A stretch of DNA of 64,000 bases from Tubiluchus corallicola (taxonomy: Eukaryota > Animalia > Priapulida): NCBI GenBank assembly GCA_030141605.1, contig JAQGDQ010000034.1, forward strand, positions 682,001 to 746,000, given 5' to 3'. Positions 1 through 11,400 of the stretch are shown here, piece by piece. The notes beneath the pieces are model-generated. The model was given only the letters and a program-made list of their open reading frames with translations, was not told the origin of the DNA and ran no database searches. The position numbers were made by a program, and so were the translations under genes. The first letter of the stretch is position 1; each line of letters begins with the position of its first letter.

Positions 1-80
1 TTTTGTGACTTTGCCCTGCTATAGAAACATTGCCATTGAAATCTAGTGTGTCGAAGCAAGAAAAAGATTTCGCAAAAGCG

Positions 81-2213
81 ATGGAAGAGGACAACTCTAA
101 ACCTGACAATATGGAGAAAGTAGAACCTCCAGTTTGTGTCAGTGATTTTGAAGAAATCGCAAGCAGAAAGTTGCAGCCATCCACGTGGTCTTACATCAGT
201 TCTGGTGCAATGTATGGCAATACGATGGTTGAAAACAAAAGAGCATTCTCCAGGTAGGTGCTATACCCCCTATTTTACTGTATTAAAACGTAATTAGGTT
301 TTAGGCATCTGTAAACCATAGCTTAAATGATAAAAACATAGATGTACATCTTTGTTTAGACTTGCAAATTTACATGGAGCTTTTATTGAACTTCCGTAAC
401 TTTGTGATACTTTATATTTTGCTGAAAAAATAAAGTAAAAGATCAGTACAATATCTTAAGCGTTTGGAATCAGAATGTACAGTTACTTAAAAATGTTTAT
501 ACTCCTATAAAATATTCAATTATTAGCTCAGCTTCAAACATGCGATTTGTAGCGTTATTGGTACAGTAACAATTTGTCTACCATACATGTTGACATATCG
601 TTGGGCTTATACCACTTGGCAAACAGCAAACATCCTTGCATTATTTGTAAGTTTGCCCTCATTCGGGTTTTTTTTTCTCCCTTCACAATAAATATCATAT
701 CAAAGCTGGAAACTTTAAATAATTTTTGCAGGTTTAAAATTCGGCCATCATTTTTAGTTGGCGTATCTGACCGCCAGCTATCCACAACTCTTCTCGGTGA
801 ATCGGTAAACTGTCCCATTGGAATAGCTCCAACGTCATTGCACCAATTAGTCCACTCCGATGGCGAAAAAGTCACCGCTAGGGCGGCAGCAGCACTGGGA
901 ATCTGTTACACACAAAGTACCTTCTCCACCAGTACCGTGGAGGAAGTCGCACAAGCCAGTCCCGGGGGGCTCAAGTGGATGAGTGTCTATATCTTCGAAG
1001 ATTTTCAAATCACCAAGGGACTAATTCGCATGGCGGAAGAGGGTGGTTATAAGGCCATTGTCCTAACAGTGGACAACCCTGGAAGGCCATGCAATTGGTC
1101 AATGTTACGACGGCCAGTAGGCATTCCAGAGACAGCCAGCATGAGGAACCTCGAGAAGGTCCTCCCGTGTCCTTATGATAAGAAGAATGTGTTTGCTGGA
1201 GGCAAGGGCTTTAGACCAAAAGAGAGACTGAGTTGGGACGTGATTGACCAGCTGCGTGACGTCACAAAGCTACCTATTGTTATAAAAGGAATTCTTACAG
1301 CAGAAGATGCAAGCAAAGCTCTAGAGAAAGGCGTAAGTGCGTCATCTTACTTTTAACAACAATGTATATCTGTCATTATCCTACCATTAATCCAGCCCAG
1401 CTTTATTTCTCTCAGTTTCGCCTTTTTTGTAGCCATGTAAAACGAAATATGGCAACATAAAATCGATAAAAATCAGCAAATCCACTGATACTTTAATGAT
1501 TTTTTATGTACAACAAAATGGAAAATAACGCACGGGCAATTTAAAACATTTTAAACAGAAGCCTAGATGATAACGTCATGTATCTCTAATCACATGTGGC
1601 AAATATCCTATAGAACTTTTTATTTTTCAAGAAATAAATCGCACAAACACACGAAGCAATACGGAATTAAAAACTCTGAAAATTTTTTCAATCCCACTGG
1701 GACACGAACCCGCGACTATCTTTTTTTCCGGTCAGCTATACTAATAGTGATTTTTTTTCTATTTTTGCATTACAATCATGATTCGTTAGACATTTTTGTA
1801 ATTATGTTTTTTAGGTAACTAGGTTTTACTTTTAGGTTAATGCGATTTGGATATCAAATCATGGCGGGAGAACTTTGGACGACGTACCATCCACGGTAGA
1901 GGCTCTGGCCGAAATTGCACCGGTTGTCGCTGGACGCTGTGAACTTTACCTGGACTCCGGCATCAGAACAGGCGCCGACATTTTTAAAGCCCTTGCGCTC
2001 GGTGCACGGGCTGTTTTTATTGGCCGCCCTGTATTGTGGGGACTAAGCTATGGAGGGGAAGAAGGAGTTACGGCTGTCATGCAAATACTCCGGAAGGAAC
2101 TAGATGGCGTGATGTGTTTTGCAGGGTGTAAAAGTGTTCACGATATCCCACGGAGCAAAGTTGTGCATGAAAACTATTATAATCAAACATGTCTTAATGC
2201 AACAAGGTTGTAA
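81..2213 (+). CDS. HAO1: FMN-dependent alpha-hydroxy acid oxidase (hydroxyacid/glycolate oxidase-like), about 383 aa. Exons 81-253, 732-1332, 1836-2213. An upstream exon is possible via the AG at 23-24.
   Basis: Motifs CVSDFE..A, WSYISSGA, N..AFSR|FKIRP, PIGIAPT, GYKAIVLTVD, LPIVIKGIL, SNHGGR and DSGIRTGADIFKALALGARAVFIGRP are present. Introns are GT-AG and the exon sum of 1152 nt is in frame. HAO1 versus HAO2 orthology cannot be resolved from sequence alone. Confidence 0.9.
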
Positions 2214-2273
2214 GTCTAAATAACAAAAAGTAAAAATAATTCGTTGTATTGGTTGTGTATAGCTGATTATTGG

Positions 2274-2574
2274 TGTTTTAGGAATGGCAAAACTATGAAG
2301 AGTCTGATTACAAAACGACACGTTTATTAACCATCAAACACAATAGATATAACAGATAGTAATGCCAAGCCCCTGATCTAACTGCTCTGCTCCGGCTCCC
2401 AGACTTAATCTGATCTCAATTCCCTGAGCTGGGCGCATCACACGGCTTATATATCGTGCTCGGAGCCCCTACACCTCAATTCTGAATCACTTACTCACGT
2501 GACACCACTCCTTAACTGGCATCATACCAGCATTCATACACATCATTATGTATCATAATCTAATGCTTTTAACA
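2274..2574 (-). mobile_element. Possible solo LTR downstream of the HAO stop codon
   Basis: On the minus strand it reads TGTT...AACA, with an internal TATATAAG and an AATAAA about 55 nt before the end. It is about 300 bp long. No matching TSD was found. Confidence 0.35.
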
Positions 2575-2749
2575 TAGTTTAACAGGTATCTTTACTCAAA
2601 ACGTGAAATGATAAAGGAGTAAAGTGGCATTTTAGTAAACAATGAAAATTCAGAATTACAAAAATCGTTTATAAATATTATGTAAATGCATATTTAATTT
2701 TTATTAATTGCATTAATTCTTGTTATTAAGAATTATTTTCGCATCAGAG

Positions 2750-3190
2750 CTTAGTTATAAGTTATAAGTTTATTTATTTCCACTCTGCATCTAACAGTTA
2801 TAATAAAAATACAGATAATTTCACTGAAGTAAATATAAATGTAAATGCAACATTATCCAGAAATTACAAAAGAGATTCTTATGCAGGATATACATGTGCA
2901 AATTACATTACAGAATAATTTTGATGCATACAGTTTGAGCCTAAAAGCATAGCTTGACAGGCCAAACTGTACGTGGAAATCTTAAAGAAGTGATTAATGA
3001 TTGAGATAATGATAATATACACATAAATGTTGCGGGAGTAGTGAATGAAAGATGAAATGGAGTGAGAACTAAGAAAAACTGTGATCATGATTATAAAGTG
3101 TTCAGTAACCTGTTGAGCATAGTCATGTCAGAAGGTCGAGAAACCTGATATAAAGTAGTGCATGGAATTATAGGTACCTAGATTATTCTA
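2750..3190 (-). mobile_element. Probable 3' end of a non-LTR retroelement (L2/CR1-like)
   Basis: The minus strand ends in AATAAA followed by a short (ACTTATA)n tail. There is no convincing ORF remnant. Confidence 0.3.
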
Positions 3191-3289
3191 TTATTTTGTA
3201 AAGTAATGTATATTCTACCGCTGTCGTGACTTCGACTATATTTTAGCAAGCGTAGCAGCTTTTTAGGCAGTTAATAGACTTTAGTTTAA

Positions 3290-3791
3290 AGGAAGACGGG
3301 ATGATTGTTTACACTCAATCTCATTTTAATTTACTGTCCAAAATATACGTTTTCTTGCCTATAAAAGTTAACAATTGTTCCTTATATTTGAATAATTAGC
3401 TTACGTCAGAAACTAACCACAGTTTGTGCGATGGCAGACGTCCTCCTTGCGCGTCCATTACATTTGCATAGATGTTACAGTACTGCTTAAACGCATGATG
3501 TCACGAAAAATGGGTCTTACATCATATGGCGTCAGAAACTAACACAGCAGTTCATGATCATGCTTATCACGGTACTGCCTTCTATTTGCCGGCCACGCGA
3601 ATGTGACAAAAAGGTGCAGCTGCCAATCTTAGTAGATTCACTGAGCTGCACGTAGCTTTGAAAGTTTAACGACATTTGAGTATCCGAGGTAATTATCATT
3701 TAATCTAAGCTTTAATTTAAAAAAAGCTATTGCAGTTTTCAACATTTTAGAGCATTCTGAACTCGTGTTTACACAATCATCCGGTTTTCCT
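3290..3791 (+). mobile_element. MITE family A, copy 1 (TTAA target, AGGAA termini; Kolobok/T2-type)
   Basis: Boundaries TTAA|AGGAAGACGGGATGATTGTTTACAC ... ACACAATCATCCGGTTTTCCT|TTAA. Closely similar along its length to 8631-9162. Confidence 0.9.
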
Positions 3792-3939
3792 TTAAGTTTT
3801 GTCTGTTGCAACAGTGACCAATGAAAACAGCCTTTGGTTAAGTAGACTTTATTCACCTACTAGGTCACCTATTACTAGGCGTTTGGTCAGCTACTAAACT
3901 AGTGACCAAAACTAGTGACCACTTATTTTGGTTTTGATG

Positions 3940-4103
3940 CACTTGAGTCCACTGTCTGTTTTTCTTCCTTCTTTCCTTCCTTCCTTTCTTCTTTCTTTCT
4001 TTCTTTCTTTTTTTTCCTTCCTTTCTTTGCTTCTTTTCTTTCTTTCTTTTGTTCTTTCTTTCTTTCCGTCTTTTTTCTTTCTTTCTATCACTTGAGTCCA
4101 CTG
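3940..4103. repeat. (CTTT/CTTC)n low-complexity tract flanked by a 15-bp direct repeat
   Basis: CACTTGAGTCCACTG occurs at 3940-3954 and 4089-4103 around an almost pure pyrimidine tract. Confidence 0.9.
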
Positions 4104-4504
4104 AGTTGTGAACAATATTAAGTTTTATTTTTATAGATGTAATGTTGTATTTTGTTACAAAATAAATCGTTCAAACTGAATTATGTTGGCATTTTATTCT
4201 GAACTCTTTATTCGATTTCTGGTAATATGTGAAAAAGAGGCTCCTTCCGTGAAAAGTATAAAGATGCTTCTAAAGGGGTTTGCAAGAAGAAGCTAAAAAA
4301 GCACCTAAATGTACAGACTTACGTACAAAAAATGAAGAAAATTAATGCAAAAAAGATTCATATAATAACAAAAGACTTCAGTGCTAGTATTTATTTTTCT
4401 AATTTTCCTAATAATATAAATACATATCGTTTAACAATCAATTATACACCAGTACAAGAGCAGCACAATGCAACAAAGGCCACGTAATTTGTACATCGCA
4501 AGTA

Positions 4505-5140
4505 CAATACGTATCAATATGCATCACAGTATGTATCAAAGTGCGTCACAGTGTATATCAAAGTGCATCGCTATCTGTATCAAAGTGCATCACAATGTGT
4601 ATCAAAGTGCGTCACAATGTATATCAAAGTGCGCCACGATGTATATCAAAGTGTATCACTATCTGTATCAAAGTGCATCACTATCTGTATGAAAGTGCAA
4701 CACAATGTGTATCAGGCGCATCACTATCTGTATCAAAGTGCATCACACTGTGTATCAAAGTGCATCACTATCTGTACGAAAGTGCATCACAATGTGTATC
4801 AGAGCGCATCACTATCTGTATCAAAATGCATCACAATGTGTATCAAAGCGCATCACTATCTGTATCAAAGTACATCACAATGTGTATCAATGCGCGTCAC
4901 TATCTGTAACAAAGTTCATCACAATGTGTATCAATGCGCATCACTATCTGTATCAAAGTTCATCCCCATGTGTATCAATGCGCGTCACTATCTGTATCAA
5001 AGTGCATCACAGTGAGTATCAAAGTGCATCACTATCTGTATCAAAGTTCATCACAATGTGTATCAATGCGCGTCACTATCTGTATCAAAGTGCGCCACAA
5101 TATGTACTAAAGTGCATCATAAGTGCGTCAAAATGTACTT
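4505..5140. repeat. 22-bp minisatellite, roughly 28 copies
   Basis: Units TGTATCAAAGTGCATCACTATC and TGTATCAAAGTGCATCACAATG, mostly alternating. This explains the overlapping repetitive ORFs at 4468-5142. Confidence 0.95.
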
Positions 5141-6696
5141 AGTTTTCATGAAAATGCATCATAATATATTCCGGTCAAAATAAGGTTTGACCCGGACAAA
5201 AATAGTGTATGACTGTATTTTTACCCACTGTTATAAGCATGTATATGGCCTGTCAGAAAAAATGTTTCAAGGTAATTCAAGGTTAAGGCCATTCAAAATG
5301 GTCACCAACGCAGCATTAAAGTCAAAATAACTCAACTAGGTGGCAATTTAAGATGGCCTAAATGTATTACCAACTGATATAACCTATATGGCCTATTAGA
5401 AAAAACTATTACAGTAATATAAAAGTGCATAAGATAGCTTACTTACAATTGTGGCTATGGTCAATTGGTCATATCATTCACAAATACGGCCATAGGGGTA
5501 CGGGACGAAGTTTCACAAGGCTAGCAGAAGAAATTTGCCCTGCAAATTTTCCAATTTAGTTTGAGTTATTTCCAAATAAGTGCAAACAGTGGGCTACGTA
5601 ATTATGTAGGTATAGACTGACAAAAGTGCCAAAAACAAAATATTTACATTTATAGGACTACTTGTTTATGCTTCTTTTTATGTATACATATTTTTATTCA
5701 ATATAATTTACACAGAGTGTCAGGAAATGACTGTGGAGCCCCGAAGGCGGACCAGTGCAGCATGCTCGCTGACTCCGGCAGCTCCTGCAGCCAACCTGGT
5801 GCCAAACGTATTGCCCCGCTTTCCTTTGGACTACACCAGGGAGGAAGAGAAGGAGTTCCTGTTGTCTGGGCAACTCAGGATCTCCATACGCCTTGCCCAG
5901 GCGTGCGCCCTGGAGACGTTCAAGGATCGAACTGCTCAGCCACAGTTGACGCTGCAGCTCCATCAACGTGATCATTGACTGACTCTCTTGGCGCACACTC
6001 CATTATCTTTCGAGACTGAACGATGCCAACCATACTCCATTGAGAAACCAACACGAATCGTACCTCTGTTCATTTCTGGCCCTCAGACCTGCGAATAATA
6101 AAATAAGTGTACTTCACTCAAAATTAATTGCTCTTTATAACAATTTTATCAGTTTTCATCTATTTTTTGGCTTCTTCTTATGGCAAGCAATCATCTCCTG
6201 ACTATGAATTTTATTTCACACATCAAAAAATACGATATCAAACACATCAACAAACTTTAAATAAAATAATTTGAGTAGTGCGAGGTGAGTGTACGACCAA
6301 ATGGTCATTAGCACACTCACCTTATATAATTGCATGACAGACCTGACTTCAAACCGCGCTGAAAATAAATTTAACTGAAAAAAATTGAATGCAGTGGCAC
6401 ATTTGCCTCGAGCTGTATATGCTCTGTGCTATGTCAAAAGAAGACAGGATGATTTTTATACATTTTCAACTCCGATAAAAAGTATGCATTTTAACACAAT
6501 TAATACTGTTAAAGTATCTCTGATAATTGTTTTCATGTTATATCCATAATTATGGAGATTTGTAACTGAAAAAGACCTATCTCGGAGGAAACCACGTATC
6601 ACAGTTAGGCCACAGTTTTTTTCTTATTGCTGCTTTTTTCGTCTCTTTTTCCGTTTTCACTCATAATTCCTTATGCATCTTTAAGGCAAGGCTGCC

Positions 6697-6985
6697 TTCC
6701 TTTCCTTCTTTCTTTCTTTCTTACTTTTTCCTTTCTTTCTTTCTTTCTTTCCTTTCTTTCCTTCTTTTTCTTTCTTTCTTTTCTTCAATCTTTCTTTCTT
6801 TCTCTCTTTTTTCTTGTTCTTTCTCATTTTTTCTTCTCTTCTTTCTTTCTCTTTTCTTTTTCTTTTCTTTTTTCCAATCCTGTTTTCTTTTTAGCCTCGT
6901 TCTTCTTTCCCGCCTGTGATTCAGTGTTTCTTTCTTCTATTTTATTTTTTTCTCCACCTTCTTCTTCTTCCCTTTTTTCTTCCGT
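6697..6985. repeat. CT-rich low-complexity / (TTTC)n microsatellite
   Basis: A pyrimidine tract read directly from the sequence. It produces the F/S/L-rich false ORF at 6627-7004. Confidence 0.9.
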
Positions 6986-7083
6986 CACCTTTGTTTTCCG
7001 TTAATTCATTCATTCGTGTATGCACTTTAATAACTATAGAGGAGCTTATTTCCAAAAAATCGTGCAAAATAGCAGGAAATCCG

Positions 7084-7814
7084 CAGAATATTTCGTGACA
7101 GGAAAAACCGGGTAACGACTTCAATAAATCTGAGAATTCTGGGAATGTCGTGCTTCGACAGCACAGTGTCTACCATGTCTACCATTGTCTACCACAATTC
7201 TCTACCATTACAGGTTAAACAAATCAAGTCCCTATCAGCATTTAAAACAAAATTAAAATCACTAATATTAACCAGATATGAAATACCATCACACCAGTAC
7301 GACAACATACACACTAATTCAGAATTCATATACCCACGGCCATATTAATTAAATCATAGTTTTTTTTATTTATTTTTTGTGTATGGTTGTAAATATGTTT
7401 GATTTTATTCGTCATTACTGCACAGTAGTTTAGATTGCACTGACGCATTTGCCTTCAGCAGTGTAAGTTTTTATTAACTAACACTGATTGATCATCTCTG
7501 TAAAGTTTTTATCAGTGATTATCAATGTTTTTATTGGCAAATAAAGATTATTATATATATATATATATATTGTGTAACCCACGTGGTAGCTGGACACACA
7601 AAAGTCGTTAATGTAATGATTAAGAAGCGATCACTTTAAATAAAAGACCAGCGTCTAGAGAATGTATGACCTATGCCCTCATGCATGCATTAACTTCATT
7701 AAAGACGCCATTACAGCTTGACAGTGCAGCAAATAAGGGCTCCAGAACATTTCGTGACAGGTAAAGCCGGTTAACGACTTCAATAAATCTGAAAATTCTG
7801 GGAAAGTCGTGCTT
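7084..7814 (+). repeat. 72-bp direct duplication (7084-7155 and 7743-7814), each copy carrying TTCTGGGAA
   Basis: CAGAAYATTTCGTGACAGG...TTCAATAAATCTG..AATTCTGGGAA.GTCGTGCTT is present twice, with about 6 mismatches counted by eye. Confidence 0.9.
7180..7570 (+). mobile_element. 5'-truncated L2/CR1-group LINE (ORF2 C-terminus, 3' UTR and tail)
   Basis: YHNSLPLQVKQIKSLSAFKTKLKSLIL matches the typical WNSLP..IK...SL..FK..LK end of ORF2. AATAAA is followed by a (TA)n tail. Confidence 0.8.
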
Positions 7815-7932
7815 ACAGAAAAACAATGATTGTGTTCAGGACAAACAGTAAATCACACTTTTCAGGTCAATATGTGCTCATGGCTACGTCAAAAATCTAT
7901 TAGTACAAAACTTGTAAACTGGTTTTACATAG

Positions 7933-8012
7933 TATATAAATAAAATAAAGCGCGCAGACTTGAGTTCAGTTTTGCATCTACGCTAGTGGATAAATAAGAG
8001 CACCGAATTTCG
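7933..8012 (+). promoter_or_regulatory. Putative lectin core promoter and non-coding exon 1
   Basis: TATATAAA at 7933-7940, Inr-like TCAGTT at 7966-7971, donor-like GTAGGTAA at 8013, and an acceptor TTTCAG ending at 8395 upstream of the ATG at 8429. Confidence 0.55.
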
Positions 8013-8428
8013 GTAGGTAAATTTTAATCATATATGTTGAAAATACATTAAACCGGTCTTATTTCAAGTATACGCCACTCTGTAGAAAGGACGTTGGTTC
8101 TCAAATCAGGATGAGGCTAGTTTCGGAAATCCGGGCGTACTTGTTCTTCCTACTTATCCCTGGACAAGCTAAAGCGTAATTGAATAGATTATACGCTACT
8201 TCTGTTGTCCAACCTATCAAGGTAATTCAAGACTAGTTCTTTCGCTAGCCTTTGGATGCATGCAACTTCGAGTAGCCGTCTTAAGAACAGCTGAAAATCT
8301 TAATTGTATGGTATGGTATATGGTATATGTTATGTACGTTTAATTAGATTTTTTTGTGTTAATTTCCACATTTATAATTATATTTTCCATTTCAGATACA
8401 GCAGTGTAATTGTACACTTTTCTAAGTC

Positions 8429-11400
8429 ATGAAGATTTTATTGACTTTCCTTTGCATCGCAGTCGCCGTGCAAAATTCGGATGCTGCCGCAGGTAAGCCT
8501 GCAATGATTTAATTTATAGAAAGAAATTTATGGCTCTTTGAAAGAATGAAAAACCTGGCCACTCGAAGATTTGGGTGAGCTTTACAAATACGTCTGCCAA
8601 GATTAAAGGGGACGAGTTAAAACAGATTAAAGGAAGACCGGACGATTGTTTAGACTCAATCTCATTTTAATTTGCTGTCCAAAATATACATTTTCTTGTC
8701 TATAAAAATTAACAATTGTTCCTTATATTTGAATAACCAACTTAGAAAGGTAATTGACGGCAACTGAACACAGCTATTGCTTACGTCAGAAATTAACCAC
8801 AGTTTGTGCAATGGCAGAAGACTTCGCTTGCGCGTCAAGCACATTTGCATAGCTGTTACAGTACTGCTTAAACGCATGATGTCACGGAAAATGGGCTTTA
8901 CATCATATCACGTCAGAAACTAACACTGCAGTTCATGATCATGGTTATCACGATACCGCCTTCTATTTGTCGGCCACGCGAATGTGACAAAAACGCGCCG
9001 CTGCCAGTCTTAGTAGATTCACTGAGCCGCGCGTAGCTTTGAAAGTTTAACGAAATTCGAGTATCCGAAGAAATTATTATTTAATCTAAGCTGTTGTAGT
9101 TTTCAATATTTTAGAGCATTCTTTATTCTGAACTCGTGTTTACACGATCATCCGGTTTTCCTTTAAGCTTTTTTCTAAACGCTGCTGTTTATACAACTAC
9201 AAGAATCTCTTCATAAACATATTGGTACTTTTTCAGGTTTGGGGTGGAATCAAATCCCAGGTTCATTAAAAGACGTTGACATTGGCGACACTGGAGTCTG
9301 GGGTTGCAACTCTGCTGACAATATCTATTTCCGACAATTCACACAAGGTGGCGTTGATTATGACGGTTCCGCTTGGCTTCAAGTTGCTGGAAAACTGAAA
9401 CAAATCAACGCTGGTAGACAAATCGTCTGGGGAGTGAATTCGGCCAACAACATTTATGTCAGAAACGGTAAAGCCACGTTCACATCTGTATATATATATA
9501 TCTTTATTGACTGATTAAGAGATAGTCGAACATGATATGACTTTTGATCATATAACATGATCATTACTGTCCAAAAATAGCTAAAGAATTATTTACAAAT
9601 TCAAAATATGGCATTGGGTTTCCATTGAAAAATTCATGCAGATCGTTAAAGTTCAGTTCAGTGTTATCTTCACGAAGGTGATTCGTAAGTGGACACAAAA
9701 CAGATAACATGCTCTTCTGTTTGAATGTTTAAGCCAGGACAGGACCAGAGCCTGTCTTCTCTTTTTATCCTTGCCCATCTTCCAGTAAACATGTGCATCA
9801 TAGCAAAAATGCTACCTGTTTTGTTTCTCATATTGAACGTCGCAATCTCCATTTCTTCTTTCCCTTTTGTAGGTATCAGTGCAGATGCTCCATCTGGTAC
9901 AACTTGGGAGCAAATACCTGGGTCTTTAAAGCAGGTCGGTGTGGATTCCAACACAAATGAAGTTTGGGGAGTAAACTCTGCAGACCAGATTTACAGGCGT
10001 ACAGGTGTATCCTGTTCTAATCCCAAAGGCACAGGTAAATGCAACGTCAAAATTCTTGATTAGCGAGTTGTTTTTTTTTCGGGAGTTTTATCTCTGGCAG
10101 CAAACTCGCATATGTGAACTGCTTACTCTCGACATTTTTGGCAGCGAATATGGAAGTGAGTGTCAGCTCGCGCTTACTGTTGGAGAGTAACTCGAAGCAA
10201 GATTTGCCGTCTATTCTGAACATACTTGCGAGATACTTGACTAATTTACTTTGCGAGAAAACTCGCTAGTCTAAATACTCCGTTAAGAAACAAGATTGGT
10301 GAATTCTCCAAAAGCTCACCTTGAAATTTCGTATCGTCTGCTAACAATGCCATTAAACACATCTTTCACGTTTCATTCTCTTAAACTTCGACACTTCTTT
10401 ATGCTCCAAGATAAAGTGTTTCATTTATAAAATTGCTATCACTTTGTATAGTGTATTTATTGCATAATTCGCATTATTCCTTTTACAGTTGCAGCTTTGC
10501 TTCATTCAAGCAAGGGATTTTTTTGTTTAACTTGAGTTTTTCTTACAAATTTTGAAATGTGTCATACTTAACGATCTCAAGATTTTATGAAAATGGATAT
10601 TTTGTGTTTTGACACTTAATTACAGAGTTATTATTATTTTTTAGGTTGGACAAATATTGCTGGGGGATTAAAATGGGTTTCTGTTGGACCGGCGGGCGTT
10701 TGGGGTGTTAACTCGAATGACAACATTTATTATAGAACAAATACAGGACATGGTATCCTTGGAGATGGTAAATACTTAAAAGCAAAGATGTCACAGTTCT
10801 TCTGTTTAATACTGTGAATGTGTACCCTAGATCAGAGCCTTATGACTTAACTGGGTTAGCTGAGATTATGGTTAACTGTTTAGCATTTTAATACAGTCTG
10901 GCAATCGGAAAACTAGAACCGACCACCCAAAGACAAGGCCTGTTTAATCTGGACGGTTGTGGCGCAAACAGAATCTGGCTTATTGTCAAGGCTGATTAAC
11001 TAAGAGGGAACTGTGTGAACAGGGCTGTGGCTGGGGTGCGTTTGCACATTTCAATATCAATAATTCCTCCCTTGGCAAGCCAGATCAGTATGACAAATGA
11101 AAGCAACTACAGTGAGAACTGAACCTAGAGTCGCCCATCCATTAGCTAACCGGATTTGGCGTTTACTTTGTTAGCCTTTTCTATAAACGCTTCTGTTTTT
11201 CTTTTTTATGTCGATTACGCTGTAAACTTTTAAGATTTCATTGTTAATGCCTTTTTCTTACGCAAATGGCCTACAGTTTTTACACATTTCCGAAAAGACT
11301 TTTGTGACGAGACTGGTACCTGACTGATTATCACGGATATACCTCTGTGATGAGTTACTGAACCAGCAGAGGTTTTTTAGCCACAGTTCGGATGTATATA

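Noticed and set aside
3865-4121. Lys/Arg-rich and Phe/Ser-rich ORFs (also 6627-7004)
   Set aside because: They are products of CT-rich microsatellites.
4468-5142. Four overlapping repetitive ORFs (YQSASLSVSKCIT...)
   Set aside because: They are translation artefacts of the 22-bp minisatellite. It is also not a CRISPR array, because there are no unique spacers and the context is eukaryotic.
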